NCBI GenBank assembly: GCA_012519975.1
Contig: JAAYPE010000037.1
Location: 5,129 to 69,128 of the forward strand
Source: Clostridiales bacterium
GTDB taxonomy: Bacteria; Bacillota; Clostridia; Oscillospirales; Acutalibacteraceae
Length of the DNA: 64,000 bases
Reading direction: 5' to 3'
In this document: positions 50,613 to 58,824 of the stretch, piece by piece
How the letters are laid out: each line of letters begins with the position of its first letter
Position numbering within the stretch: the first letter of the stretch is position 1
Made by a program: the position numbers and the translations under genes
Notes under the pieces: generated by a model
Database searches by the model: none
Told to the model about the DNA's origin: nothing
Seen by the model: only the letters and a program-made list of their open reading frames with translations

Positions 50613-50651
50613 AGTAAAAACCATAGCAAGTTAATGTAAAATCTATGTAAA
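50613..50651 (-). promoter_or_regulatory. Pho-box-like array: four TT(T/G)(A/C)(C/T)(A/T) hexamers phased every 11 bp
   Basis: The minus strand reads TTTACA-N5-TTTACA-N5-TTGCTA-N5-TTTACT, followed by TATATT as a -10 candidate, about 60-110 nt upstream of the Na/Pi gene. Confidence 0.5.
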
Positions 50652-50725
50652 TTTTAACAAAAAGTTATATACATCTATCTTTTGTTACATAAAAGCAATT
50701 AATCTTTACATTTTTTACCATATAC

Positions 50726-50759
50726 AGTTAATTCTAAATAATAGTTAATTCTAAATAAT
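50726..50759. repeat. perfect 17-bp tandem duplication (AGTTAATTCTAAATAAT x2)
   Basis: Direct reading gives 50726..50742 identical to 50743..50759. Confidence 0.95.
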
Positions 50760-50761
50760 AA

Positions 50762-50810
50762 TTAAAAATAAAATATGCCTGTAGCTTTAATTTTATAAGC
50801 ATACAGGCAT
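50762..50810 (-). terminator. intrinsic terminator of the FAD-dependent dehydrogenase gene
   Basis: ATGCCTGTA pairs with TACAGGCAT (extended imperfectly), followed by ATTTTATTTTT on the minus strand. Confidence 0.75.
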
Positions 50811-50817
50811 TTAATTA

Positions 50818-52209
50818 TTATTTCGACAAATCTCTTCCTTTAAGCACTCCCATAGCAGATGCCATCATAAGCCCTCTAGTCCAACCACTAGAGTCACCAA
50901 GACAACTAAGACCTTCTACGCTTGTGTTAAAATTCGCATCCATTTTTACGCGATTGCTATAAAATTTTAATTCTGGTGAATACAAAAGTGTTTCAATTGA
51001 AGCGAACCCTGGCACAACATTGTCTACAGCCTCTATAAAATTGATTATGTTTATCATCGCTCTATAGGGCATTGCCGCTGTTATATCTCCTGCTATGGCA
51101 TCGGGTAGCGTTGGTTTTATATTTGACCTTACAAGCTCTTTTTGCCAAGTTCTTTTACCGTCCAAAATATCTCCAAAGCGTTGAACAAGTATGTGCCCCG
51201 AGCCTAGCATATTAGTTAGCTCTCCAATTTTTTGCGCATATTCAATAGGTTGGTTAAAAGGCTCATTAAAGTTATGAGAACATAGTATTGCCAGATTTGT
51301 GTTATCCGATTTTTTCCCTTTATACGAATGGCCATTAACAACGGCTAAATCGTTATCATAATTTTCTTGACTTACAAATCCACCTGGGTTTTGGCAAAAT
51401 GTTCTAACTTTATTTTTAAAAGGTTTTGGATAACCAATAAGCTTTGATTCGTAAAGAACATTGTTTACTTTTTCCATAACTTCGTTTCTAACCTCTACAC
51501 GAACACCTATATCAACTGTTCCCGGCTCGTGGGCTATATTATGCTCTTGGCAAATTTTTTCAAACCAATCCGCACCTCTTCGACCTGTTGCTATGACTGT
51601 ATGCCTTGCCAATATTTCTAATGTTTCTTTATTATTTTTTATATTAACACCAAGGCATTTTTTATCCTTTAATATAATACTAGTGCATTCATATCCAAAT
51701 AAAATTTCTACACCGTTTTCAATCAAATACTGCTCAATTGCATAATAAATATCTTGAGCTTTCTCTGTTCCTAAGTGTCTTATTGGGCAATCAACAAGCT
51801 TTAAGCCTGCCTGTATCGCACGCTTTCTTATCTCTTTTACTTCCTCATCATTATGTATTCCTTCTATATGCTCGTCAGCACCAAAATCAAGATAGATTTG
51901 GTCAGTATAGTTAATCATTTCCTGAGCTAACTCTTCACCTATTAGCTGTGGCAAATCTCCTCCAACCTCGTGGCTTAAAGATAACTTTCCATCAGAAAAT
52001 GCTCCCGCACCTGAAAATCCAGTTGTTATATGACAATACGGTTTGCAATTAACGCAATATTTTGTTTTGCTTTTTGGACAACTTCTTTTTTCAATAGACT
52101 GCCCTTTTTCAACAATCAAAATATTTTTATTACTACCGTTTCTAATCATTTCGAGTGCCGTAAAAATACCCGCAGGTCCTGCCCCTACTATTACTACATC
52201 TTTATTCAT
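50818..52209 (-). CDS. uncharacterised FAD-dependent dehydrogenase (COG2509-like NAD(FAD)-utilising oxidoreductase)
   Basis: VVIVGAGPAGIF dinucleotide fold. 463 aa. No substrate-specific motif recognised. Confidence 0.8.
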   Translation of the reverse strand: MNKDVVIVGAGPAGIFTALEMIRNGSNKNILIVEKGQSIEKRSCPKSKTKYCVNCKPYCHITTGFSGAGAFSDGKLSLSHEVGGDLPQLIGEELAQEMINYTDQIYLDFGADEHIEGIHNDEEVKEIRKRAIQAGLKLVDCPIRHLGTEKAQDIYYAIEQYLIENGVEILFGYECTSIILKDKKCLGVNIKNNKETLEILARHTVIATGRRGADWFEKICQEHNIAHEPGTVDIGVRVEVRNEVMEKVNNVLYESKLIGYPKPFKNKVRTFCQNPGGFVSQENYDNDLAVVNGHSYKGKKSDNTNLAILCSHNFNEPFNQPIEYAQKIGELTNMLGSGHILVQRFGDILDGKRTWQKELVRSNIKPTLPDAIAGDITAAMPYRAMINIINFIEAVDNVVPGFASIETLLYSPELKFYSNRVKMDANFNTSVEGLSCLGDSSGWTRGLMMASAMGVLKGRDLSK

Positions 52210-52281
52210 TTTAATACCCCCTGATATTTGGGCATAAAAAAAGCCACCTAATTTTAACTACAACAATCCCTTTAACTAAAA

Positions 52282-52351
52282 GATTGTTATAGTCAACTGT
52301 AAGGCAGTTGGTAGAAACATTCATCCAAATAATGAATTTATATAATCAATC
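52282..52351 (-). promoter_or_regulatory. purine riboswitch aptamer, guanine-type (C at the specificity position)
   Basis: The reverse complement folds as P1/J1-2 UAA/P2-L2 (..UGG)/J2-3 GUUUCUAC/P3-L3 (CC..)/J3-1 AC/P1'. It starts a few nt after a predicted TSS. Confidence 0.75.
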
Positions 52352-52361
52352 GACAGATTAA

Positions 52362-52390
52362 TTATTACATTATTTTTATTAAAATGTCAA
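52362..52390 (-). promoter_or_regulatory. sigma-A type promoter driving the riboswitch leader
   Basis: TTGACA (52390..52385), 17-nt spacer ending in TG, then TAATAA. Confidence 0.5.
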
Positions 52391-52465
52391 TGCTTATTTA
52401 AAATAATTAACAATCTATTGTTTAATTATAGGTTTAAAACTAAAATTACTAGACTAATTTATTTT

Positions 52466-52493
52466 AACATATATATACAAGCTACATAAAATA
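52466..52493 (+). promoter_or_regulatory. candidate mother-cell (SigK-like) promoter for the collagen-like gene
   Basis: AC (52467..52468), 16-nt spacer, CATAAAATA (52485..52493), matching AC-16/17-CATAnnnTA. A chance match is plausible in AT-rich DNA. Confidence 0.3.
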
Positions 52494-52536
52494 TACTAAG
52501 GACTACTGCTCTAGTAGTTTTGAAGGGAGATATTTT

Positions 52537-53340
52537 ATGTGGAATAAATTTTGCTTAGAAACTATGGATACAAATGTTACGAATTTTAATGATTGCTATA
52601 ATTCTTATGGCTCTTATTGCTGTTGCAAATGCAGGTGCCATCATCGTCCCCCAAGACCACCCGTTCCTGTAATATATTGTAAAGACGGTAGGGATGGCAG
52701 AGATGGTAGAGACGGCCGTAATGGCCTGAATGGACGAAATGGTGAAAATGGGTTAAATGGTATTGACGGAGTAGATGGTAAAGACGGTATTGACGGTGTC
52801 GACGGTAAAGATGGTGTTGACGGTAAAGACGGTACACCTGGAAATGTGGTTGAGTGTGCTTGTATTTCCCAAATGACTAATTTAATCGAGCAAATAATAA
52901 ATCTTTATCCAATTTCAAACATTGATGTTACTACTGCAAGCGGAGATGTTAATACCGGAGTTCCTAACGCATTAGTGCCAAACTCAGCAACTAATGCTGG
53001 ATTGTTTGAATTAAAAACTGGAACAGGCGTTGTTACTGGCGCATTATCTATATGTAAAATTGCCGGAATACAAATCCCTGGAGTAACTTATAATGATAAC
53101 ATCACCTATTTGCCAGCACCTACCCCAAGCCCAGATGATTGCAGTGCTAATTGCCTCAATGCAATACAGGACTATCTACCAATTGGAACCGAAGATGTAA
53201 CAATCGAAGTCGGTGGCGTTCAAATTGCAAACGGAGCAGTTATAAGGAACGAATATGGAGTAATTGTTATATTTGACGATGTTAATGACACTCTCAGTTT
53301 TGTTTCCGCCTGCAAAGCTGAAGTAATTCAAAAAGGATAA
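52537..53340 (+). CDS. collagen-like triple-helix repeat protein with a Cys-rich N-terminus (BclA-like spore surface protein candidate)
   Basis: 17 consecutive G-X-Y triplets (GRD GRD GRD GRN GLN ... GKD GTP). 9 Cys in the first 48 aa. GGGAG RBS. Confidence 0.85.
   Translation: MWNKFCLETMDTNVTNFNDCYNSYGSYCCCKCRCHHRPPRPPVPVIYCKDGRDGRDGRDGRNGLNGRNGENGLNGIDGVDGKDGIDGVDGKDGVDGKDGTPGNVVECACISQMTNLIEQIINLYPISNIDVTTASGDVNTGVPNALVPNSATNAGLFELKTGTGVVTGALSICKIAGIQIPGVTYNDNITYLPAPTPSPDDCSANCLNAIQDYLPIGTEDVTIEVGGVQIANGAVIRNEYGVIVIFDDVNDTLSFVSACKAEVIQKG
52687..52842 (+). repeat. in-frame 9-nt periodic (GGN-NNN-GAY/AAY) collagen repeat tract
   Basis: Direct reading. The tract also creates a spurious antisense ORF at 52586..52837. 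Confidence 0.9.
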
Positions 53341-53371
53341 CAGTTTATACAAATATCATTTTTTATTATAA

Positions 53372-53401
53372 CGAGACTATGAGATTCATAGTCTTGTTTT
53401 T
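53372..53401 (+). terminator. intrinsic terminator
   Basis: CGAGACTATGA pairs with TCATAGTCTTG, followed by T5. Confidence 0.8.
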
Positions 53402-53474
53402 ATTTAACAAAATATACTTATAAAATTGCTAAATCTGTTAATACTATTTTTAAGTAATTTTAGGAGTGATTTTT

Positions 53475-53648
53475 ATGGCTAAAGCTGGAATGAAACGACC
53501 AGACCCAAAACAACCACACGGCACAGAAAGCAACAAGAAAACTCACTTGTCAAAAAATAGTGTTCCACCCGTTCCCGAAATTCAAGGCAAAGCAAAAAGC
53601 GGAAAAGAAAAAGCAAATCCAATCTTTAAAAACAATGACCACAAGTAA
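53475..53648 (+). CDS. small lysine-rich hypothetical protein (57 aa)
   Basis: ATG at 53475 lies 8 nt after an AGGAG RBS. MAKAGMKRPDPKQPHGTESNKK... No family recognised. Confidence 0.5.
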   Translation: MAKAGMKRPDPKQPHGTESNKKTHLSKNSVPPVPEIQGKAKSGKEKANPIFKNNDHK

Positions 53649-53685
53649 AGTAGCCACGATAAAATTGTATCACGGCTACAAATTG

Positions 53686-54153
53686 TTATTTATTTTCGTT
53701 ACTAATTATATGCTCTAAAAGTGCTTGACATCCCTCATAAACATCATTATAAGTTATGTCAAAATCACCTGTGTACCAAGGGTCAGCAATATCCCCTTTT
53801 CTTTTTGTAAAATCAAGTAGCATAAACACCTTGTTTTCTTTATCATTATCAAACAACTTGTTTAAATTTGTTATGTTTTTGTTGTCCATTCCAATTATAT
53901 AATCATATTTATCATAATCAGATTTTTTTATCTGAACCGAGATTTTTCCGTCTGTAGATATGTTAAACTCATTTAACTTATCCCTTGTTCCATAGTGAAC
54001 TTTGCTTCCTATAGCATCTGTGCTAGTTGCAGATGATGCTATAAGAAACGAAGACTCTAGCCCTCTCTTTTTCACTATATCCTTAAACACAAATTCAGCC
54101 ATTGGTGACCTGCAAATATTGCCGTGGCACACAAACATTACTTTAATCATCAT
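53686..54153 (-). CDS. low-molecular-weight protein-tyrosine phosphatase
   Basis: VCHGNICRSP (CX5R-S) P-loop and DPWY motif. Confidence 0.9.
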   Translation of the reverse strand: MMIKVMFVCHGNICRSPMAEFVFKDIVKKRGLESSFLIASSATSTDAIGSKVHYGTRDKLNEFNISTDGKISVQIKKSDYDKYDYIIGMDNKNITNLNKLFDNDKENKVFMLLDFTKRKGDIADPWYTGDFDITYNDVYEGCQALLEHIISNENK

Positions 54154-54274
54154 AGCTCTCCTTTAATTTAATATAATATTTTTTATAATGAACAGTACAG
54201 ATACATAGTTATATTTTAACATATTCTTTTATTATTTCAACATATATTTGTTTAAGATTTATATCGTTAAATTA

Positions 54275-54303
54275 TTGACAATCATAAACTTATATACTAT
54301 AAT
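54275..54303 (+). promoter_or_regulatory. consensus sigma-A promoter for the alcohol dehydrogenase gene
   Basis: TTGACA, 17-nt spacer, TATAAT. Confidence 0.6.
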
Positions 54304-54369
54304 GTCATTGTAATCTTTTAAACGGGCATCTTTTTTAGATTGCAAAATTAAAAATTGGAGGAATTATAA

Positions 54370-55545
54370 ATGGCAAGATTTACATTACCAAGAGATTTAT
54401 ATCACGGAAAAGGTTCAATCGACGCATTAAAAGATTTAATAGGTAAAAAGGCTTTTGTAGTCGTTGGTGGCGGAAGTATGAAAAAATTTGGTTTTCTTGA
54501 CAAAGTTGTAGCAAACCTTGAAGAAGCAGGAATGCAAGTCGAGCTTTTTGAGGGAGTTGAACCAGACCCATCAGTTGAAACTGTAAAAAAAGGTGCAAAA
54601 GCAATGCAGCAATTTGAGCCTGACTGGATTGTATCTATTGGCGGTGGCTCACCTATTGACGCTGCAAAAGCAATGTGGGCATTTTATGAGTACCCAGACA
54701 CAACTTTTGAAGACTTGTGTATACCATTTAACTTCCCAAGACTTCGCACAAAAGCACATTTCTGCGCAATTCCTTCAACATCTGGAACAGCAACAGAAGT
54801 TACTGCTTTCTCTGTTATAACTGATTATGAAAAGGGCATTAAATATCCGCTTGCAGACTTTAATATTACACCTGATGTTGCAATTGTTGACCCTGACCTT
54901 GCAGAAACAATGCCAAAAAAACTTACAGCACACACTGGTATGGATGCTATGACGCACGCAATAGAGGCTTATGTTTCCACCCTTAATTGTGATTACACAG
55001 ACCCACTTGCCCTGCACGCAATTAAAATGGTTAGTGAATTTTTAATTGATTCTTACAACGGTGACAGCACCGCAAGAGAAAGAATGCACAACGCACAATG
55101 CCTTGCTGGAATGGCATTTTCTAACGCTTTGCTTGGTATTGTCCACTCAATGGCTCACAAAACTGGTGCAGCTTATAGTGGCGGGCATATTGTTCACGGT
55201 TGTGCAAACGCTATGTATTTACCAAAAGTTATAAAGTTTAATGCCGTTAATGAAACTGCAAATAAAAGATATTGTGATATTGCAAAATTCATTGGACTAG
55301 AACCAACAGTTGATGCTCTTATTTCTCATATAAACGAGCTTAACAAAAAGCTTGATATTCCGAGTTGTATTAAAGACTATGAGGGTGGAATAATCGACGA
55401 AAAAGAATTCCTTGATAAACTTCCAAATGTTGCAAAATTAGCAGTTGGTGACGCTTGCACTGGTTCAAACCCTAGAGAAATCACACCAGAGCAAATGGAA
55501 AAGCTCCTTACTTGTTGTTATTATGATACAGAAGTTAACTTTTAA
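54370..55545 (+). CDS. iron-containing (group III) alcohol dehydrogenase
   Basis: GGGSPIDAAKAMW and the His-rich metal site (HxxxH: HSMAHKTG). Confidence 0.9.
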   Translation: MARFTLPRDLYHGKGSIDALKDLIGKKAFVVVGGGSMKKFGFLDKVVANLEEAGMQVELFEGVEPDPSVETVKKGAKAMQQFEPDWIVSIGGGSPIDAAKAMWAFYEYPDTTFEDLCIPFNFPRLRTKAHFCAIPSTSGTATEVTAFSVITDYEKGIKYPLADFNITPDVAIVDPDLAETMPKKLTAHTGMDAMTHAIEAYVSTLNCDYTDPLALHAIKMVSEFLIDSYNGDSTARERMHNAQCLAGMAFSNALLGIVHSMAHKTGAAYSGGHIVHGCANAMYLPKVIKFNAVNETANKRYCDIAKFIGLEPTVDALISHINELNKKLDIPSCIKDYEGGIIDEKEFLDKLPNVAKLAVGDACTGSNPREITPEQMEKLLTCCYYDTEVNF

Positions 55546-55591
55546 ATATATCTTAAAAAAGAACCATAGATATGGTTCTTTTTTTATACCA

Positions 55592-56491
55592 TTATTCAGT
55601 TACAATATCATCATTTTCAACCAATGCTTTGAAAGATGTTGCAAGACCAGCAAAACCTTGAATTTCAGATGGAATAATAATTTTTGTAGCCTTTCCATCT
55701 GCCACTTTTGCAAATGCCTCAAGTGCCTTTAATCTAATAACATCATCATTAGGTGCAGCTTTATTCAAAAACTCAATCGAATCGGCCAACGCTTTTTGAA
55801 CAGTTGTCAATGCCTCTGCCTCACCTTGCGCCTCTTTTATCTGTGACAAACGCTTTGCGTCTGCTCTAAGAACCATTGCCTCTTTTTCTCCTTGAGCTAC
55901 TAAAATTGAGGATTGCTTTTTACCTTCAGCAACTAGAATCGATTCTCTTCTCTCTCGCTCAGCTTTCATTTGCTTTTCCATTGATTCTTGAATTTCTCGT
56001 GGTGGTATAATATTTTTAAGCTCAACCCTATTAACCTTAATTCCCCACGGGTCTGTCGCTTCATCTAATATTGTACGCATTTTGGTGTTAATAATATCCC
56101 TCGATGTAAGAGTTTGGTCTAGCTCTAAATCTCCTATAATGTTACGCAAAGTTGTTGCTGTTAAGTTCTCAATCGCAGACATAGGATTTTCGATTCCGTA
56201 TGTATACAGCTTAGCGTCTGTGATTTGAAAATAAATAACCGTATCAATTTGCATTGTAACATTATCTGCAGTGATAACTGGCTGTGGCGGAAAATCTGCT
56301 ACCTGCTCTTTTAATGAAACTTTTTTTGCAATCTTTTCAAAAAGAGGTATTTTAACATGTAAACCTGTTTCCCATGTTACTTTATACGCACCTAAACGCT
56401 CAATTGTATAAGCTTTTGCTTGTGGAACAATAACAATGTTCGTACCGATAAAAAATACAGCTAAAATAATTAGAAAAATTAACCAATGCAT
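55592..56491 (-). CDS. SPFH/band-7 (stomatin-like) membrane protein
   Basis: N-terminal TM helix, PHB domain, Ala/Glu-rich coiled coil. Paired with nfeD. Confidence 0.9.
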   Translation of the reverse strand: MHWLIFLIILAVFFIGTNIVIVPQAKAYTIERLGAYKVTWETGLHVKIPLFEKIAKKVSLKEQVADFPPQPVITADNVTMQIDTVIYFQITDAKLYTYGIENPMSAIENLTATTLRNIIGDLELDQTLTSRDIINTKMRTILDEATDPWGIKVNRVELKNIIPPREIQESMEKQMKAERERRESILVAEGKKQSSILVAQGEKEAMVLRADAKRLSQIKEAQGEAEALTTVQKALADSIEFLNKAAPNDDVIRLKALEAFAKVADGKATKIIIPSEIQGFAGLATSFKALVENDDIVTE

Positions 56492-56517
56492 AATAAGACA
56501 CTCTCCCTACAAAAATA

Positions 56518-57003
56518 TTATTTATTACAAACTTGCACATCATTGCACAATTGTACAATCGCTTTTACCCCAGAAATAGAGCGAACAATAACCTCGCTCC
56601 CCTCCTCGATAATTTGGTTATCTAAACTTCTCGCAGACCAAAATTGCCCCATAAGTTTTACTTGACCTGTTTCCTTTGAATTGTCAATTGTTTCAATTAC
56701 AATTGCTTTTTGGTCAATTATTCTATCCGCATTTGTACTTTGCTTTTTAACTTTTAAAACATTTTTTGTAAAGGGGCGAAGAACTACCAAAAGCAAAACA
56801 GAACTAAGAGCAAAAACTGCCCATTGAAGAGCAACAGAGCCACCTAAAGCACAAACAATAAGTGCAAACAAAGCTCCGGTTGCAAACCAAATTGTTGTTA
56901 AAGATACTGTTGTTGCCTCTAAAAAAATCATTGCAACTAGAACAATTATCCAAAAATAAATACCCGTAGAATTAATTAATTCAATCACAAATAACCCCTC
57001 CAA
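56518..57003 (-). CDS. NfeD family membrane protein
   Basis: Three or four TM helices plus a C-terminal OB-fold. Directly upstream of the SPFH gene. Confidence 0.85.
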   Translation of the reverse strand: MEGLFVIELINSTGIYFWIIVLVAMIFLEATTVSLTTIWFATGALFALIVCALGGSVALQWAVFALSSVLLLVVLRPFTKNVLKVKKQSTNADRIIDQKAIVIETIDNSKETGQVKLMGQFWSARSLDNQIIEEGSEVIVRSISGVKAIVQLCNDVQVCNK

Positions 57004-57142
57004 AAAAATTTCCCCTCAAATTAATTTATATTATAGCATAAATCCAAGAATAAGTATACAAAAACACCAAATTGGCAAATTGTTTTTTTCACCATTATAA
57101 TGTATTATATTAATTAAATTATAAACATAACGAGGGAAAACT

Positions 57143-58573
57143 ATGCAAAGCATTTTAGAAAAACTAAAAAGATATCAGAAATTAAACTTTACACCTATGC
57201 ATATGCCGGGACATAAAAGAAATATAGATTGCGGTGACTATCTAGGCGAACTTTGCGCCAGTTTAGACATTACCGAAATTGATGGTTTTGACAATTTACA
57301 CAAACCGCAAGGAATTTTAGCAGAGTCGATGAAAAAAGCATCTGAGCTGTGGGAAAGCCACGAGTCCTTCTTTTTAGTGGGTGGCAGCACTTGTGGAATT
57401 CTTGCATCTATTCGCAGTGCCGTTTGTAATGGTGACGAAATTATTGTTGCTCGAAATTGCCACAAATCTGTTTATAATGCAATAGAACTTCTGGAGCTAA
57501 ACGCCCATTTTGTGCTACCAACAATTGATGAGGATTTTGGAATTTATGGTAGTATTGCTCCCGAACAAATAAATTTTGCTTTGAAAAAATTTCCAAATTC
57601 AAAACTTGTTATTTTAACTAGCCCAACATATGAAGGTATAATTAGTGACATAAAAGGCATTTGTAAAATTGCCCACAATTATGGTATTCCTGTTCTTGTT
57701 GACGAGGCACACGGCGCACACCTTAGCTTTTATAATTTTCCAAAAGGTGCTATAAAATCAGGTGCTGATATTGTTGTCCAAAGCTTGCACAAAACATTGC
57801 CAAGCCTTACACAAACTGCAATTGCACATTTAAATAGTGATTTGATATCTTGTGATAGTTTAGCAAATGAGCTTTCAATTTTTCAAACAAGTAGCCCATC
57901 GTATTTATTACTAGCCTCAATTGATGGTTGTGTAAATCTAATAAAAAAGCAAGGTGAAATTTTATTTAATCAATGGGAAATGGCTCTTAATCTTTTTTGT
58001 GAAACTGCAAAAGAACTAAAAAATTTATCTGTTTTAGGATACGGTTTTGATAATATTAAAAACCATAAATGTATATTTGATTTTGACAATAGCAAGATTG
58101 TAATTTCAACAATAAACACTAATTTATCAGGAACAAGTGTTGCAAAAATGCTTAGAGAAAATTATAAAATTGAAGTTGAAATGGCATCAGCTCAATATTT
58201 AATTGCAATGACAGGACTTGGCGACAAACCTGAAAATATTTTAAAGCTTGCAAGCGCAGTTTTAGAAATAGATAAAAGGTGTGAGCACAAAAAAGTAAAA
58301 GGCCCATCCCCTATTATTTCAACTTTACCAAAAATAAATTATAAGGCTAGCAAAGCCTTGAAATTGCCAAACCAAAACATCAGCATAGACAAAGCTTGCA
58401 ATAAAACATCGGCAGAATATGTGTGGGCTTATCCCCCAGGAATTCCAATTATAGTGCCTGGTGAAAAAATAAATCAAGAAATTATCAACGATTTGCAAAC
58501 CTTGAAAAATTGCGGTGTTGATATTTTTAAAACTAATGGATATGATGTAAATTCAATAAAAATTTTGCTATAA
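57143..58573 (+). CDS. Orn/Lys/Arg decarboxylase family PLP-dependent enzyme
   Basis: MPGHK start region and SLHKTLPSLTQ (PLP lysine). Confidence 0.85.
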   Translation: MQSILEKLKRYQKLNFTPMHMPGHKRNIDCGDYLGELCASLDITEIDGFDNLHKPQGILAESMKKASELWESHESFFLVGGSTCGILASIRSAVCNGDEIIVARNCHKSVYNAIELLELNAHFVLPTIDEDFGIYGSIAPEQINFALKKFPNSKLVILTSPTYEGIISDIKGICKIAHNYGIPVLVDEAHGAHLSFYNFPKGAIKSGADIVVQSLHKTLPSLTQTAIAHLNSDLISCDSLANELSIFQTSSPSYLLLASIDGCVNLIKKQGEILFNQWEMALNLFCETAKELKNLSVLGYGFDNIKNHKCIFDFDNSKIVISTINTNLSGTSVAKMLRENYKIEVEMASAQYLIAMTGLGDKPENILKLASAVLEIDKRCEHKKVKGPSPIISTLPKINYKASKALKLPNQNISIDKACNKTSAEYVWAYPPGIPIIVPGEKINQEIINDLQTLKNCGVDIFKTNGYDVNSIKILL

Positions 58574-58598
58574 AACTACATAAAAACTGCATTTGCTA

Positions 58599-58627
58599 TT
58601 TACAATATACATATTTTGTTGTATAGT
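58599..58627 (+). promoter_or_regulatory. candidate sigma-A promoter of the SCIFF operon
   Basis: TTTACA, 17-nt spacer, TATAGT, about 40 nt upstream of the peptide ATG. Confidence 0.45.
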
Positions 58628-58668
58628 ATTACTCATTAATAATACATTTATAAAAGGAGATTTTTATA

Positions 58669-58824
58669 ATGAAAAGAATAAATACTCTTAACACTCGCGA
58701 CCTTGCTAAAAGCGTGAAAAATGGTGGCTGTGGCGAATGTCAAACTTCTTGCCAATCTGCTTGTAAAACTTCTTGCGGTGTTGCTAACCAACCTTGCGAA
58801 AACAAAAACAGCAAAGAACAGTAA
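58669..58824 (+). CDS. six-cysteine peptide SCIFF (ranthipeptide-class RiPP precursor), 51 aa
   Basis: Below the ORF-track size cut-off. AAGGAG RBS 8 nt upstream. MKRINTLNTRDLAKSVKNGGCGECQTSCQSACKTSCGVANQPCENKNSKEQ carries the conserved GGCGECQTSCQSACKTSC core. Confidence 0.9.
   Translation: MKRINTLNTRDLAKSVKNGGCGECQTSCQSACKTSCGVANQPCENKNSKEQ

Noticed and set aside
52236-52242. U7 tract as the riboswitch terminator
   Set aside because: No GC-rich stem can form immediately 5' of the tract. The best pairing, CUACC with GGUGG, is only 5 bp. It is therefore not annotated as a terminator.
52586-52837. 83-aa minus-strand ORF (His/Tyr/Arg/Leu repeats) opposite the collagen repeat tract
   Set aside because: It is an artefact of the 9-nt periodic GGN repeat, which keeps the antisense frame open. 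There is no RBS or independent signal.
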